From contig OZ244799.1 in the NCBI GenBank assembly GCA_965219955.1, positions 1,632,001-1,696,000 of the forward strand: a DNA stretch of 64,000 nt, read 5' to 3'. Shown one piece after another: positions 1-11,584 of this stretch (position 1 is its first letter; each line of letters starts with the position of its first letter). This DNA is from a bacterium. Lineage in GTDB: Bacteria > UBA8248. The notes beneath the pieces were generated by a model. The model did no database searches. It worked only from the letters and a program-made list of their open reading frames with translations, and had not been told where the DNA came from. Both the position numbers and the translations under genes were made by a program.

Positions 1-609
1 CGCCTCGCCGCAGAGCGGGGCCGCGGCCAGGTGACGGGGGTGCGCTGGGAGCAGGCGGACCGGGCGGCGGCGATGGCCGAACGCGCGGGGGGTCTGGCCG
101 GGCTGCGCGACGCGGCGATCATCGCGGTGGCGAGCGACGCCCTGCTCCGGGTATCGGAGATATCGGCGCTGGAAGTGGGCGACCTGGACCTCGAGGGGAA
201 GACGGTGCTGATCCGTCGCTCCAAGACGGACCAGGAGGGCGAGGGCGCCCTGCAGTTCCTGGGCGGGCCGACCGTGGAGCGCGTGCGGGCCTGGCTCCTG
301 GGCGCCGCGCTGACGGAGGGGCCGCTCTTCCGGGGCGTCCACAAGTCGGGCCGGGTGCGGGCGGAGCGCCTGACGGAGCGGACCCTCCGGCGCATCATCA
401 TCCGGCGCGCCCGGGACGCGGGCGTGAAGGGGCGCATCAGCGGGCACAGCCTGCGCGTGGGGAGCGCGCAGAGCCTGGCCTCCGCGGGGGCGTCTCTGGT
501 CGAGATGCAGCTCGCCGGCCGCTGGCAGTCTCCGGCCATGCCGGGGCGCTACGCGCAGGGCCAGCTCGCCCACCGGGGCGCGGTGGCGAGGCTGCGCTAC
601 GGGCTGTGA
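1..609 (+). CDS. Tyrosine recombinase/integrase (Cre-like catalytic domain), probably 5'-truncated by the window edge
   Basis: Frame is open from base 1. Catalytic set R (LLRVSE), K (RRSKTDQ), HxxR (GHSLRVG), W (GRW), Y (GRY). Confidence 0.9.
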   Translation, partial: RLAAERGRGQVTGVRWEQADRAAAMAERAGGLAGLRDAAIIAVASDALLRVSEISALEVGDLDLEGKTVLIRRSKTDQEGEGALQFLGGPTVERVRAWLLGAALTEGPLFRGVHKSGRVRAERLTERTLRRIIIRRARDAGVKGRISGHSLRVGSAQSLASAGASLVEMQLAGRWQSPAMPGRYAQGQLAHRGAVARLRYGL

Positions 610-621
610 GGCCGACGCCTC

Positions 622-1140
622 TTTGTCGGGGGGCAAGAAAAGAAAAAGGCCCCCCTGTCAAGGGGGGTTGGGGGGTTTCGGCAAGACGGACCCCGGAAAG
701 GCAACCCCCCCTACCCCCCCTTGTCAGGGGGGCAAGAAAGAGCCCCATTGGTCAGCTTGTCAATGCGTGTGTAGGGGCCGCATATATGCGGCCCGAGTGT
801 TGACGGTTAAAAAGGCAGGGACGCATGTATGCGTCCCCTACACCTCCACCTTAGAAATCGCGATCTCGCCGGAATGACGGTGAGTAATCTTCCAGGTCGG
901 CAATCACTCCTCCCTGGTCGGCGACGTGAGAATCCCGTAGGGACAGGCCTCCGTGCCTGTCCTGACGAAGGACAACCACGAAGAACCGGACAGGCACGGA
1001 GGCCAGGACAACCCTTTTGGGTTGTCCTGCTACAAAACCATCACGCCTGCGCCGCGTGAACCTCCCTGCCGCCGATCCCGAAACAGGCTTTTTTTTACCC
1101 CCCTGACAAGGGGGGGTAGGGGGGGTTGCCCTTGTCCCCC
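622..1140. repeat. Mosaic of short palindromic repeats (C-run/G-run CCCCCCTGwCAAGGGGGG family, GTAG-foot REP-like pairs, CGCCGGAATGAC half-element)
   Basis: ccccctgtcaagggggg (~651-667) and copies at ~705-732 and ~1098-1130. GTAGGGGCCGCATATATGCGGCCC (771-794) pairs with GGGACGCATGTATGCGTCCCCTAC (818-841). GTAGGGACAGGCCTCCGTGCCTGTCC (937-962) pairs with GGACAGGCACGGAGGCC (988-1004). Confidence 0.85.
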
Positions 1141-1143
1141 GGT

Positions 1144-1173
1144 TTGACGGCGGGCGGAACCTCTTTTTATACT
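1144..1173 (+). promoter_or_regulatory. Sigma70-type promoter for the 1218 ORF
   Basis: TTGACG (1144-1149), 18-nt spacer, TATACT (1168-1173). Confidence 0.6.
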
Positions 1174-1217
1174 GTGCATCCACGAGGATTCTGCGTGGCC
1201 CACTCCGGGGAAAGCCC

Positions 1218-1580
1218 ATGACGACGTACGAATACTTAGGCCTCATCGCCGCCTACCTGAACCTCCTCGCCGCCTACGGCGGTCTCGGCCTCATCTACCA
1301 CGGCATCCGCACGATGGACAGGAACGCCGCCATGCGCTCCGCCGATTCGGAGCGCAAGCACAATGAGACGATGGAGGATATCCGCCGCCGGGAGGAAGAT
1401 TCCAAACGCAGGCACGAAGAGGCGATGGAGAACATCCGCCGCAGGGAAGAAGATTCCAGACGCAGGCACGAGGAGTCGATGGCCAGGCACGACGAGTCGA
1501 TGGCCTCTTTGCGCGAACTCATCGACGGGCAAACGGAAAGCCGCATGGCCCTGCGCGAACTCATCGAGCGAACCAGATAG
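1218..1580 (+). CDS. Small protein with N-terminal hydrophobic segment and charged coiled-coil 18-aa repeats
   Basis: ATG start downstream of a near-consensus promoter. Hydrophobic YLGLIAAYLNLLAAYGGLGLIYHGI. 54-bp tandem units start at 1371 and 1425 (MEDIRRREEDSKRRHEEA / MENIRRREEDSRRRHEES). Confidence 0.75.
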   Translation: MTTYEYLGLIAAYLNLLAAYGGLGLIYHGIRTMDRNAAMRSADSERKHNETMEDIRRREEDSKRRHEEAMENIRRREEDSRRRHEESMARHDESMASLRELIDGQTESRMALRELIERTR

Positions 1581-1584
1581 CCGA

Positions 1585-4381
<2,797 letters not shown>

Positions 4382-4418
4382 TCAATCCGCAGCCGGGAAG
4401 AGAGGGATGGCCCACCGC

Positions 4419-5265
4419 CGTCATTCCGGCGAAAGCCGGAATCCATTTTGACTTTTCACCGGGCAGGGCGACACGACCTTGTCGTCGCGCGGCGTCCGGA
4501 TGCGGAATCCAGAGAATCCGCCTTTCGTTTTCGTGTTCGATTCCGATCCTCCCCGCCCGGGAGTAAAAACGTCCGAACGAAGAGCGAATAGGCAAAGGCG
4601 AAAATGGATTCCGGCTTTCGCCGGAATGACGAACAAAACCGCACTGCCTTTTGCAAGGACATGTCTCGACCCAGGACAGGCACGGAGGCCTGTCCCTACG
4701 CACCCCCTCCCCGGCCGGTTCGATTGCCCCCTCATTTGTTGAAAGGCAACCCCCCCTACCCCCCCTTGACAGGGGGGCAAGAAAAACCATCCCCCCCGCC
4801 GATGGAGGGGTTGCTCTTTTTTCCCCCTTGTCGGGGTTGTTGCAAAAGCCCCGTCTGCGACCCCCGCAAACAGCCAACGCCTCTTTCCTCACCCTGAGTA
4901 GCCGCCGAAGAGCCTGTCCTGAGCTTGTCGAAGGGCGGCGTATCGAAGGGCGCGGGGAATCAAACGCCTCGCGCCGGGCAAGAGGGCATCCTTCGATACG
5001 GCGCTTACGCGCCTACTCAGGATGAGGGGTGTCGGAGAACAGCGGAGCCTGTCCCGAGCGAAGTCGAGGGGCCGCTACTCAGGATGAGGCGGAGAGGGCT
5101 TTTTCAACAGCGCCTTGTCAGGGGGCAAGAAAGAGCAAAACCCCCTCAGCCCGGCGAGGGGCGAGGCCTTTTTTTACCCCCCTGTCAAGGGGGGGTAGGG
5201 GGGGTTGCCTGTATCCCCGGACAAGGAGGGTTGCTCCCTTGCCGGGGAACTTTTCCAACAGCGCC
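4419..5265. repeat. Palindromic repeat mosaic between katG and the atp genes
   Basis: GTCATTCCGGCGAAAGCCGGAATCC (4420-4444) and its inverse (~4606-4630). REP-like GGACAGGCACGGAGGCCTGTCCCTAC (~4674-4699). C/G-run palindromes at ~4750-4778 and ~5177-5208. TIR-bounded unit 4833-5113 homologous to 1631-1826. Confidence 0.85.
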
Positions 5266-5666
5266 CGGCCGGGCCGGCCGGCGGAGCTGTCCAGAAGCGG
5301 ATTCGGGGTCTGAGCGCGCGACGCCCGCCCCGCGGCCGGGACCCGCCGCGCGCGCATTTGCGCGCATTTGCCGTCCGCGCGGTTTGGGGGGATTCCGGTA
5401 TGATGAAGGCGCCGGTCGCTTCGCTCCCGGATATGGAATTTCCGTAAATTTCGATAAAATCAGATAAATTCACGGGGTTTTTCGGGAAATTTTTGGAAAT
5501 GACCGAGAGGAAATGCGGGCGGATGCGCGCGCGAAAACCGCCTCCGACGGCCGGATCCGGCCGCCGCCGCACCCGAGCGCGGGGGAATTCTGCCACGGCC
5601 CGCCGGGCCCGCGATACCGGCAAATACGCGGAAATGCGTTTTTCCCGCAAAGACGCCCGAGTCGTC

Positions 5667-5695
5667 TTGACACCCTCGGGCCGTGTTGGTAGGTT
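5667..5695 (+). promoter_or_regulatory. Sigma70-type promoter of the atp F0 operon
   Basis: TTGACA (5667-5672), 17-nt spacer, TG-n-TAGGTT (5690-5695). Confidence 0.6.
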
Positions 5696-5746
5696 CGCGC
5701 CCGTCAATCTCGTTGCCGCACTCCTCGCCTGGGGGGACAGAAGGGC

Positions 5747-6010
5747 ATGGCCTCCGATCCTTCTCCAGAGCCGGGCCGCGGACAACCAGCGAAGAAAACG
5801 GCCGGGGCGCGGAACCGGAAGATCCGCAGGGGTGTGCGGAACGTGCATCTCGCGACACTGGGCTGGAACTTCGTGACCGCGCCGCTCGTAGGCGGCGGCA
5901 TCGGATATGTGTTTGATTATTATGTCGATACGTATCCGTGGGCGATGGTGGCCGGGTTGTTTCTGGGTTTTGTTTCCGCTTTTGTCGATCTCATCAGAGG
6001 GGTCCGTTGA
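5747..6010 (+). CDS. atpZ: AtpZ/AtpI-family small membrane protein
   Basis: Two TM helices with GGGIGYVFDYYVDTYPW...GLFLG motif. First gene upstream of atpB. Confidence 0.8.
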   Translation: MASDPSPEPGRGQPAKKTAGARNRKIRRGVRNVHLATLGWNFVTAPLVGGGIGYVFDYYVDTYPWAMVAGLFLGFVSAFVDLIRGVR

Positions 6011-6406
6011 ATGCGAAACCAAGGCCCGCCGTCATTCATCCTCAGAAGCATCTCGAATTCCGGCTGGCTGATCCTTGCGGTCATGAGCCTGGCGGGAGTG
6101 GCCCTGAGGGATATTTCGACGGGCGCCGGCGTGGCGATCGGCGGAGCGTGCGCGCTTGGAAGTTTCCGGATGATGGATGTATACTTCGCCCGCATTTTTC
6201 AAAAAAACATCAGCCGCCCGAAATGGTGGCATCACGTTTTATACGTTTTGAGGTTTCTCGCCCTCATGGGCGTCGTAGCGCTCGCGATAGGCTGGCTCCG
6301 GCTTCCCGTCGTGAGCGTGGTGATAGGGTTGACCGTTCCGCCGTTGGCCATTTTCATTCACGGGGCTCGCAGCGCCCTGCGAATACAAGGATCTACGAGA
6401 GCATAG
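6011..6406 (+). CDS. atpI: ATP synthase I chain-like membrane protein
   Basis: Four hydrophobic segments, LRFLAL motif, position between atpZ and atpB. Confidence 0.75.
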   Translation: MRNQGPPSFILRSISNSGWLILAVMSLAGVALRDISTGAGVAIGGACALGSFRMMDVYFARIFQKNISRPKWWHHVLYVLRFLALMGVVALAIGWLRLPVVSVVIGLTVPPLAIFIHGARSALRIQGSTRA

Positions 6407-6409
6407 CAC

Positions 6410-7126
6410 ATGGAAAAATTTCATCCGTTCCTGTATTTCGACATCCCGGCGCTCTCCGGCTATCCGAACATCGTGTACAGCTGGGTGGTGATGGTGTTCC
6501 TCATCGCGTGCTCGCTGCTCGTCACCAAAGCGCTGCAAAAGATACCCGTCGGCGGGCAAAACCTCTTCGAGGCGATTTTCGACGGGTTTTCCGCCTTCAT
6601 GGAAGGCCCCCTCGGTGATGAGGGGCGACCCTTCTTCCCCCTCGTATTCACGCTGGGAACCTACATTTTCCTGTGCAACGTCATCGGAATCCTGCCGGGT
6701 TTCATGGCCCCGACGAGCAACCTGAACACCAACGTGGGCTGTGCGCTCACCGTGTTTTTCGCCACGCATTACGTGGGATTCAAGAGAAGCGGCATGGCGT
6801 ATCTCAAGCATTTTACGGGGCCCATCATGTGGCTGGCTCCTCTCATGATCCCCATCGAGATCATCTCGCACCTGAGCCGTCCGCTCTCACTCACCCTGCG
6901 CCTCTTCGGGAACATCACCGGCGAAGAACTGGTGCTCGGCGTTTTGATGCTGCTGTGCCTGCAGATTTTCCTGCCCGTCCCCTGGGCGATGCAGATGTTC
7001 GTCATTTTCGGAAGTTTCATTCAGGCCTTTGTTTTCACACTCTTGACCATGATATATATCGCCGGGTCGCTTGAAGGGCACGATCACGACGAAGAGCATG
7101 GCCATGAGGCCGCCCACGCTCATTAA
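6410..7126 (+). CDS. atpB: F0F1 ATP synthase subunit a
   Basis: PTSNLNT, PIEIISHLSRPLSLTLRLFGN (essential Arg), IQAFVFTLLTMIYI. His-rich C-terminal tail. Confidence 0.97.
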   Translation: MEKFHPFLYFDIPALSGYPNIVYSWVVMVFLIACSLLVTKALQKIPVGGQNLFEAIFDGFSAFMEGPLGDEGRPFFPLVFTLGTYIFLCNVIGILPGFMAPTSNLNTNVGCALTVFFATHYVGFKRSGMAYLKHFTGPIMWLAPLMIPIEIISHLSRPLSLTLRLFGNITGEELVLGVLMLLCLQIFLPVPWAMQMFVIFGSFIQAFVFTLLTMIYIAGSLEGHDHDEEHGHEAAHAH

Positions 7127-7172
7127 CAATAACGGTTCATGTAGGAATCACTTCAACAAGGAGAAGTAAGGG

Positions 7173-7493
7173 ATGAAACGTTTGGGGATAATCGGATTCG
7201 CGTTAGCCAGCTTCGTAGCCACGGCCACCAATGCCTTCGCCGCAGCAGCAGGTGACGCCGGAAGCGGTGAAGTTCTGAAATGGAGAATGATCTCCTCATC
7301 TTTCGCTCTGGCCATCGCCGCCGCAGCCGGCGCTTTCGCCCAGAGCAGGAGCATCGCCAGCGCGTTGGACGGCACGGCGCGCAACCCGGGCGCCGGCGGG
7401 GATCTTCGCGTGTCGATGATCATCGGTCTCGCCTTGATCGAGTCCCTCGTCATTTACACGTTCGTTATCTGCCTCATCATCATCCTCGGCTAG
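7173..7493 (+). CDS. atpE: F0F1 ATP synthase subunit c with signal-peptide-like N-terminal extension
   Basis: ARNP loop, IGLALIESLVIY ion-binding helix, upstream AGGAG RBS-like sequence. Confidence 0.95.
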   Translation: MKRLGIIGFALASFVATATNAFAAAAGDAGSGEVLKWRMISSSFALAIAAAAGAFAQSRSIASALDGTARNPGAGGDLRVSMIIGLALIESLVIYTFVICLIIILG

Positions 7494-7520
7494 ATAAACC
7501 AGCGTTCGCAAGACCCTGAG

Positions 7521-7546
7521 AGGGGGGCCGAGCGGCCCCCCTTTTG
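7521..7546 (+). terminator. Intrinsic terminator after atpE
   Basis: GGGGGGCC-GAGC-GGCCCCCC followed by TTTT. Confidence 0.75.
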
Positions 7547-7728
7547 CATTGCCCGACGTCGATTGCATGAACGCGGACCCGAAAGAAATCCTTTGTGCGA
7601 AACAGTTGATCTCATTTCTTTTTGTTGCTGCGTGACCCCCACTTGCCCTGCGCATCAAAACGAATAAAATCTATTCTCGATAGCGAGACTCATGTTCGAC
7701 CTCTAAATTGCGGGTGCGCATTACATCC

Positions 7729-8370
7729 ATGTGGGAAAACACGAAAACAAAAATTCCCGAAGCGACCGTGAACCGGTTGTCCACCTACGCCCGCATACTG
7801 GATCAGGTAAAAAGTGAGGGAACCGAGCTCATCGCGTCCGCCGACCTGGCGCGACAGTGTGGCTTCAAGCCCGCGCAAATCAGAAAAGATCTCGCCTATT
7901 TCGGTGAATTCGGCGTCCGCGGGAAGGGCTATTACATCAAGGAATTGAGGGAAAATCTAAAAAAAATCCTGGGCGTGACCCAAACATGGAAAGTCGTACT
8001 CGTCGGAGCGGGAAACCTCGGTTCGGCTCTGTTGGCGTATAAAGGTTTTCTGGCTCATGGCTTTGAAATCGACGCTGTCTTCGATAAATTCCCTGAAAAA
8101 ATACCCCCTCACCGTATCGATTCTCTACCTGTTTTACCGATGTCGGATTTACATGAGGTCGTGAAAGAAAAGCAGATCAAGATCGGCATCATCGCGGTGC
8201 CGAGCAAAAACGCGCAAAACGTAGGAACGGCACTTGTGAATGCCGGTATTACGGGCATATTGAATTTCGCTCCCACGCAAATTCAGACGCCGCGACACGT
8301 GAAGGTAAAAAATGTAGATTTAGGCAGTGAACTGGAGCACTTGTCATTTTATCTCTCTCAGAACACTTGA
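7729..8370 (+). CDS. rex: Redox-sensing transcriptional repressor Rex
   Basis: IPEATVNRL, QIRKDLAYFGEFGVRGKGY, VGAGNLGSALL, ILNFAP. Confidence 0.95.
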   Translation: MWENTKTKIPEATVNRLSTYARILDQVKSEGTELIASADLARQCGFKPAQIRKDLAYFGEFGVRGKGYYIKELRENLKKILGVTQTWKVVLVGAGNLGSALLAYKGFLAHGFEIDAVFDKFPEKIPPHRIDSLPVLPMSDLHEVVKEKQIKIGIIAVPSKNAQNVGTALVNAGITGILNFAPTQIQTPRHVKVKNVDLGSELEHLSFYLSQNT

Positions 8371-8385
8371 GGTGTTCGCAACCAT

Positions 8386-9132
8386 ATGAACGAACCACAA
8401 GCCTTCTATATCCTGGCCTTTGACACTTCGACCCCGAAAGGGAAGTGCTCGGTACTTTGCCCAAATGAAGCAGAGGGGGAGGTGCTTCTCTCAGAAGATA
8501 TACGCATTTCCAAGACGCTGTTGCCACAGGTAGAACAACTCTTGATTTCAAGAAACATCGATACAAATATGATTCAGGCCATTGGAGTCTCCATCGGCCC
8601 GGGCACTTTTACCGGGCTGCGCGTAGGACTCTCTTGTGCAAAAGGACTTTCATTGGGTTTGGGCTGTCCATTGTACGGTTTTTCCTCTTTAGAAGTCATG
8701 GCGATGGGCGCGCTGTTGAATGAAATTCGCACGGGCCGCTGCCTGCCCGATTATGTCCTCCCCTATCGAGACGCCAGGTATGGGGAGTTGTTTGCCGCGT
8801 TGTTTGAAGTATCCGGAAACCCGGAATCATCTCGGGGAATCCCCCTCAACCGCGCCCGTGAGGACGAAATCATCACTCCAGGCGAGTTTCGCCCCCCGCA
8901 AGACGGAGACACGTTACTCGCAGGGGAAAAAGAGAAATTGCCCGAAAGCTTCGCTCCTGGAGTCTCGAAAGGGCCAATCAGGCACCATGAGGTTGATTCC
9001 TCGGCCGTTGCGACCGCATTGCTTACCCGAAGAGCCCTCCAGACTCAAACACCTCCGCCTAACGCCAACATATCGCTGAATTATTGCCGAAAATCACAGG
9101 CGCAAACCAAATGGAGCGACCCACAGGGTTGA
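8386..9132 (+). CDS. tsaB: tRNA threonylcarbamoyladenosine biosynthesis protein TsaB
   Basis: ILAFDTST, GPGTFTGLRVGLSCAKGL, DARYGELF. Confidence 0.9.
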   Translation: MNEPQAFYILAFDTSTPKGKCSVLCPNEAEGEVLLSEDIRISKTLLPQVEQLLISRNIDTNMIQAIGVSIGPGTFTGLRVGLSCAKGLSLGLGCPLYGFSSLEVMAMGALLNEIRTGRCLPDYVLPYRDARYGELFAALFEVSGNPESSRGIPLNRAREDEIITPGEFRPPQDGDTLLAGEKEKLPESFAPGVSKGPIRHHEVDSSAVATALLTRRALQTQTPPPNANISLNYCRKSQAQTKWSDPQG

Positions 9133-9240
9133 TCCCTGGCCCAACCTTTCGTACATTAATTGATTATTCACAGACACGATTACAACGATAAATGAGAACC
9201 TGAAATTTTCACCACGAATACCTGCGGAGGAGAATTTTCA

Positions 9241-9447
9241 TTGGAAACAACCGAAAAAGTGGAAGAAGCTTTGAATCTGGACGATGAACTCACGAACCTG
9301 AAAAAAGAACACGCTGTTTTAGATGAAAAGATTCTCGCTCTTGAAAATATTCGCTTCCCTTCCCCGGAAGAGCAACAGCAGATAAAACTGCTTAAAAAAG
9401 AAAAGCTCGCTATCAAGACGCAATTGGAAACGATGGAGAACAATTGA
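9241..9447 (+). CDS. DUF465/YdcH-like small coiled-coil protein
   Basis: EHAVLDEKI ... LLKKEKLAIKTQL pattern. GGAGGAG RBS before a TTG start. Confidence 0.75.
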   Translation: METTEKVEEALNLDDELTNLKKEHAVLDEKILALENIRFPSPEEQQQIKLLKKEKLAIKTQLETMENN

Positions 9448-9512
9448 TAATCGGTATTTCGCCCGATGAAACAGGCTAGAGCATTGAAAGAGAAGATTTT
9501 ACGTTTTCACTC

Positions 9513-9542
9513 TTGACCAAAACGAAAAAGGTGCAGTACTAT
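9513..9542 (+). promoter_or_regulatory. Sigma70-type promoter upstream of ilvB
   Basis: TTGACC (9513-9518), 18 nt, TACTAT (9537-9542). Confidence 0.5.
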
Positions 9543-9787
9543 CAAAGCGATTATTCAGTTGTGCATGTCTTGGGTTTATTCAAAGTTCTGAAGCACGGGT
9601 AACAAGGAAAACGGCCATATGGGTCCGGAAAAAATGTTGTGGGATAAGGAGTCTGGCGTAAGAAGGGGGCGGTGTGCCCCTGTGCGCCGTCCCCTGATTT
9701 CTTCTTAACGACCTGCCGGCATCATCCGGCATTTTTCGGATCGACTTTATTGCCAGAGTGAGAACAAACTCGACTGGCTGAGAGGAA

Positions 9788-11572
9788 ATGGCCGTGGCGA
9801 CCAAGGCGAAAAGCCAAACCGCAAAACAACCCGCAAAACTGAAGCCGCAGAAAATATCCGGCGCTGAGATTGTCTATCGCAGCCTTGAGCGTGAGGGGGT
9901 GAAGTACGTTTTCGGACACCCGGGCGCCATTCTTCTGACGGTCTTGGATTTATTCCTTAAAAGAAGCAAAATCAAGCACTTGCTCATTCGACACGAGCAG
10001 TGCGCCGCTCACATGGCGGAAGGCTACGCACGCGCCAGCGGTGAAGTCGGGGTATGCCTCACCACCTCCGGGCCTGGCGCCACGAACCTCATCACGGGCA
10101 TCACGGACGCCTACATGGATTCTATTCCCATCGTATGCTTCACTGGGCAAGTCGCCACCTCGATGGTGGGCAACGACGCCTTCCAGGAAGCCGACATCGT
10201 AGGCATGACCAGAACCATCACCAAGCACAACTACCTGGTGAAAAGCACAGATGATCTTGCTGAAACCATTCAAGAGGCTTTCTACATTGCACGCACAGGC
10301 AGGCCCGGTCCGGTCCTCGTCGATCTCCCCAAGGACGTTCTCCTCGGCGATGGAGACTACCAGCTGCCGGAAAAAGTGGATCTGCGCGGCTACAAACCCA
10401 CGACCAAAGGCCATCCCAGGCAAATACAGCGCGTAGCCGAAGCCATCGAAAAATCCAAACAGCCCCTGCTCTATGTGGGTGGTGGCGCCATTCACGCGGA
10501 AGCGCATTCGGAAATCGTAAAACTCGCGGAAACTGCGGAAATTCCGGTCACATATACTCTTTTGGGGGCAGGAGCTTTCCCGAGCGCCCATGAACTCTCA
10601 TTGGGTATGCTCGGTATGCACGGGACGGCATACGCCAACTATGCGACCATGGAGTGTGACCTGCTCATTGCCGTTGGTGCGAGATTCGACGATCGCGTCA
10701 CCGGAAAGGTTTCGGAATTCGCGACCCGGGCGAAAATCATCCATATCGACATAGACCCCACCGCCATCGGGAAGAACAAGACCGCGGATATACCGGTTGT
10801 CGGCGACGCCCGCCAGGTACTCGTTGAAGTCAACAAACTCATCAAACCCCAGGAGCGTCCTTTGTGGAAAAAGCGGATCCAAAATCTGAGAACGGAATAT
10901 CCGCTGACGTTCGACTCTCCGGAAGGGGCGCCGATCAAGCCACAAGAGGCCATTGTCGCTTTAAGTGAGGAAGTGGGCGATAAAGCGATCATCACCACCG
11001 AAGTGGGACAACACCAGATGTGGGCCGCTCAATTTTACAATTTCACTTTCCCGCGCCAGTTCATTTCATCCGGTGGCCTTGGAACGATGGGCTTCGGCTT
11101 TCCTGCAGCCATCGGCGTGGCGCTTGCAAGGCCGGATAAGCTGGCCATCGACATTGCGGGAGACGGCAGTTTCCAGATGGTGATGCAAGAAATAGCCACA
11201 GCCGTTCAATACGACATTCCCGTAAAAGTATTTCTGCTTAATAACGCCACGCTGGGCATGGTTCGTCAGTGGCAAGACTTGTTCATGGACCGACGATTTA
11301 GCGAAGTGGATTTCGAATCTTCGCCCGATTACGTCAAACTCGCGGAAGCATTCGGCGCCAGTGGTCGCCGGATTGTGGATAAAGACGACATCAGGCCCGC
11401 CATTCAGGAAATGATCAATACACCGGGACCCTTTATCTTGGACGTAATCGTCGACCCTGATGAATTGGTGTTCCCCATGGTACCCGCAGGCGGTGCGACA
11501 AAAGACATGATCGTTCGGGACAGTCGCAAAAAGATCCTTCAAGGCAAACTCAGCGCATTGCCCGACAACTAG
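9788..11572 (+). CDS. ilvB: Acetohydroxyacid synthase large subunit (copy 1)
   Basis: RHEQ, TSGPGATN, GMLGMHG, GARFDDRVTG, SGGLGTMGFG, GDGSF, GMVRQWQ. Confidence 0.95.
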   Translation: MAVATKAKSQTAKQPAKLKPQKISGAEIVYRSLEREGVKYVFGHPGAILLTVLDLFLKRSKIKHLLIRHEQCAAHMAEGYARASGEVGVCLTTSGPGATNLITGITDAYMDSIPIVCFTGQVATSMVGNDAFQEADIVGMTRTITKHNYLVKSTDDLAETIQEAFYIARTGRPGPVLVDLPKDVLLGDGDYQLPEKVDLRGYKPTTKGHPRQIQRVAEAIEKSKQPLLYVGGGAIHAEAHSEIVKLAETAEIPVTYTLLGAGAFPSAHELSLGMLGMHGTAYANYATMECDLLIAVGARFDDRVTGKVSEFATRAKIIHIDIDPTAIGKNKTADIPVVGDARQVLVEVNKLIKPQERPLWKKRIQNLRTEYPLTFDSPEGAPIKPQEAIVALSEEVGDKAIITTEVGQHQMWAAQFYNFTFPRQFISSGGLGTMGFGFPAAIGVALARPDKLAIDIAGDGSFQMVMQEIATAVQYDIPVKVFLLNNATLGMVRQWQDLFMDRRFSEVDFESSPDYVKLAEAFGASGRRIVDKDDIRPAIQEMINTPGPFILDVIVDPDELVFPMVPAGGATKDMIVRDSRKKILQGKLSALPDN

Positions 11573-11584
11573 GAGGTTTCATCC

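Noticed and set aside
5747-8370. Split F0-only atp operon followed by rex as a novelty
   Set aside because: The atpB-atpE-rex arrangement separate from the F1 genes is already known in Desulfovibrio-type genomes.
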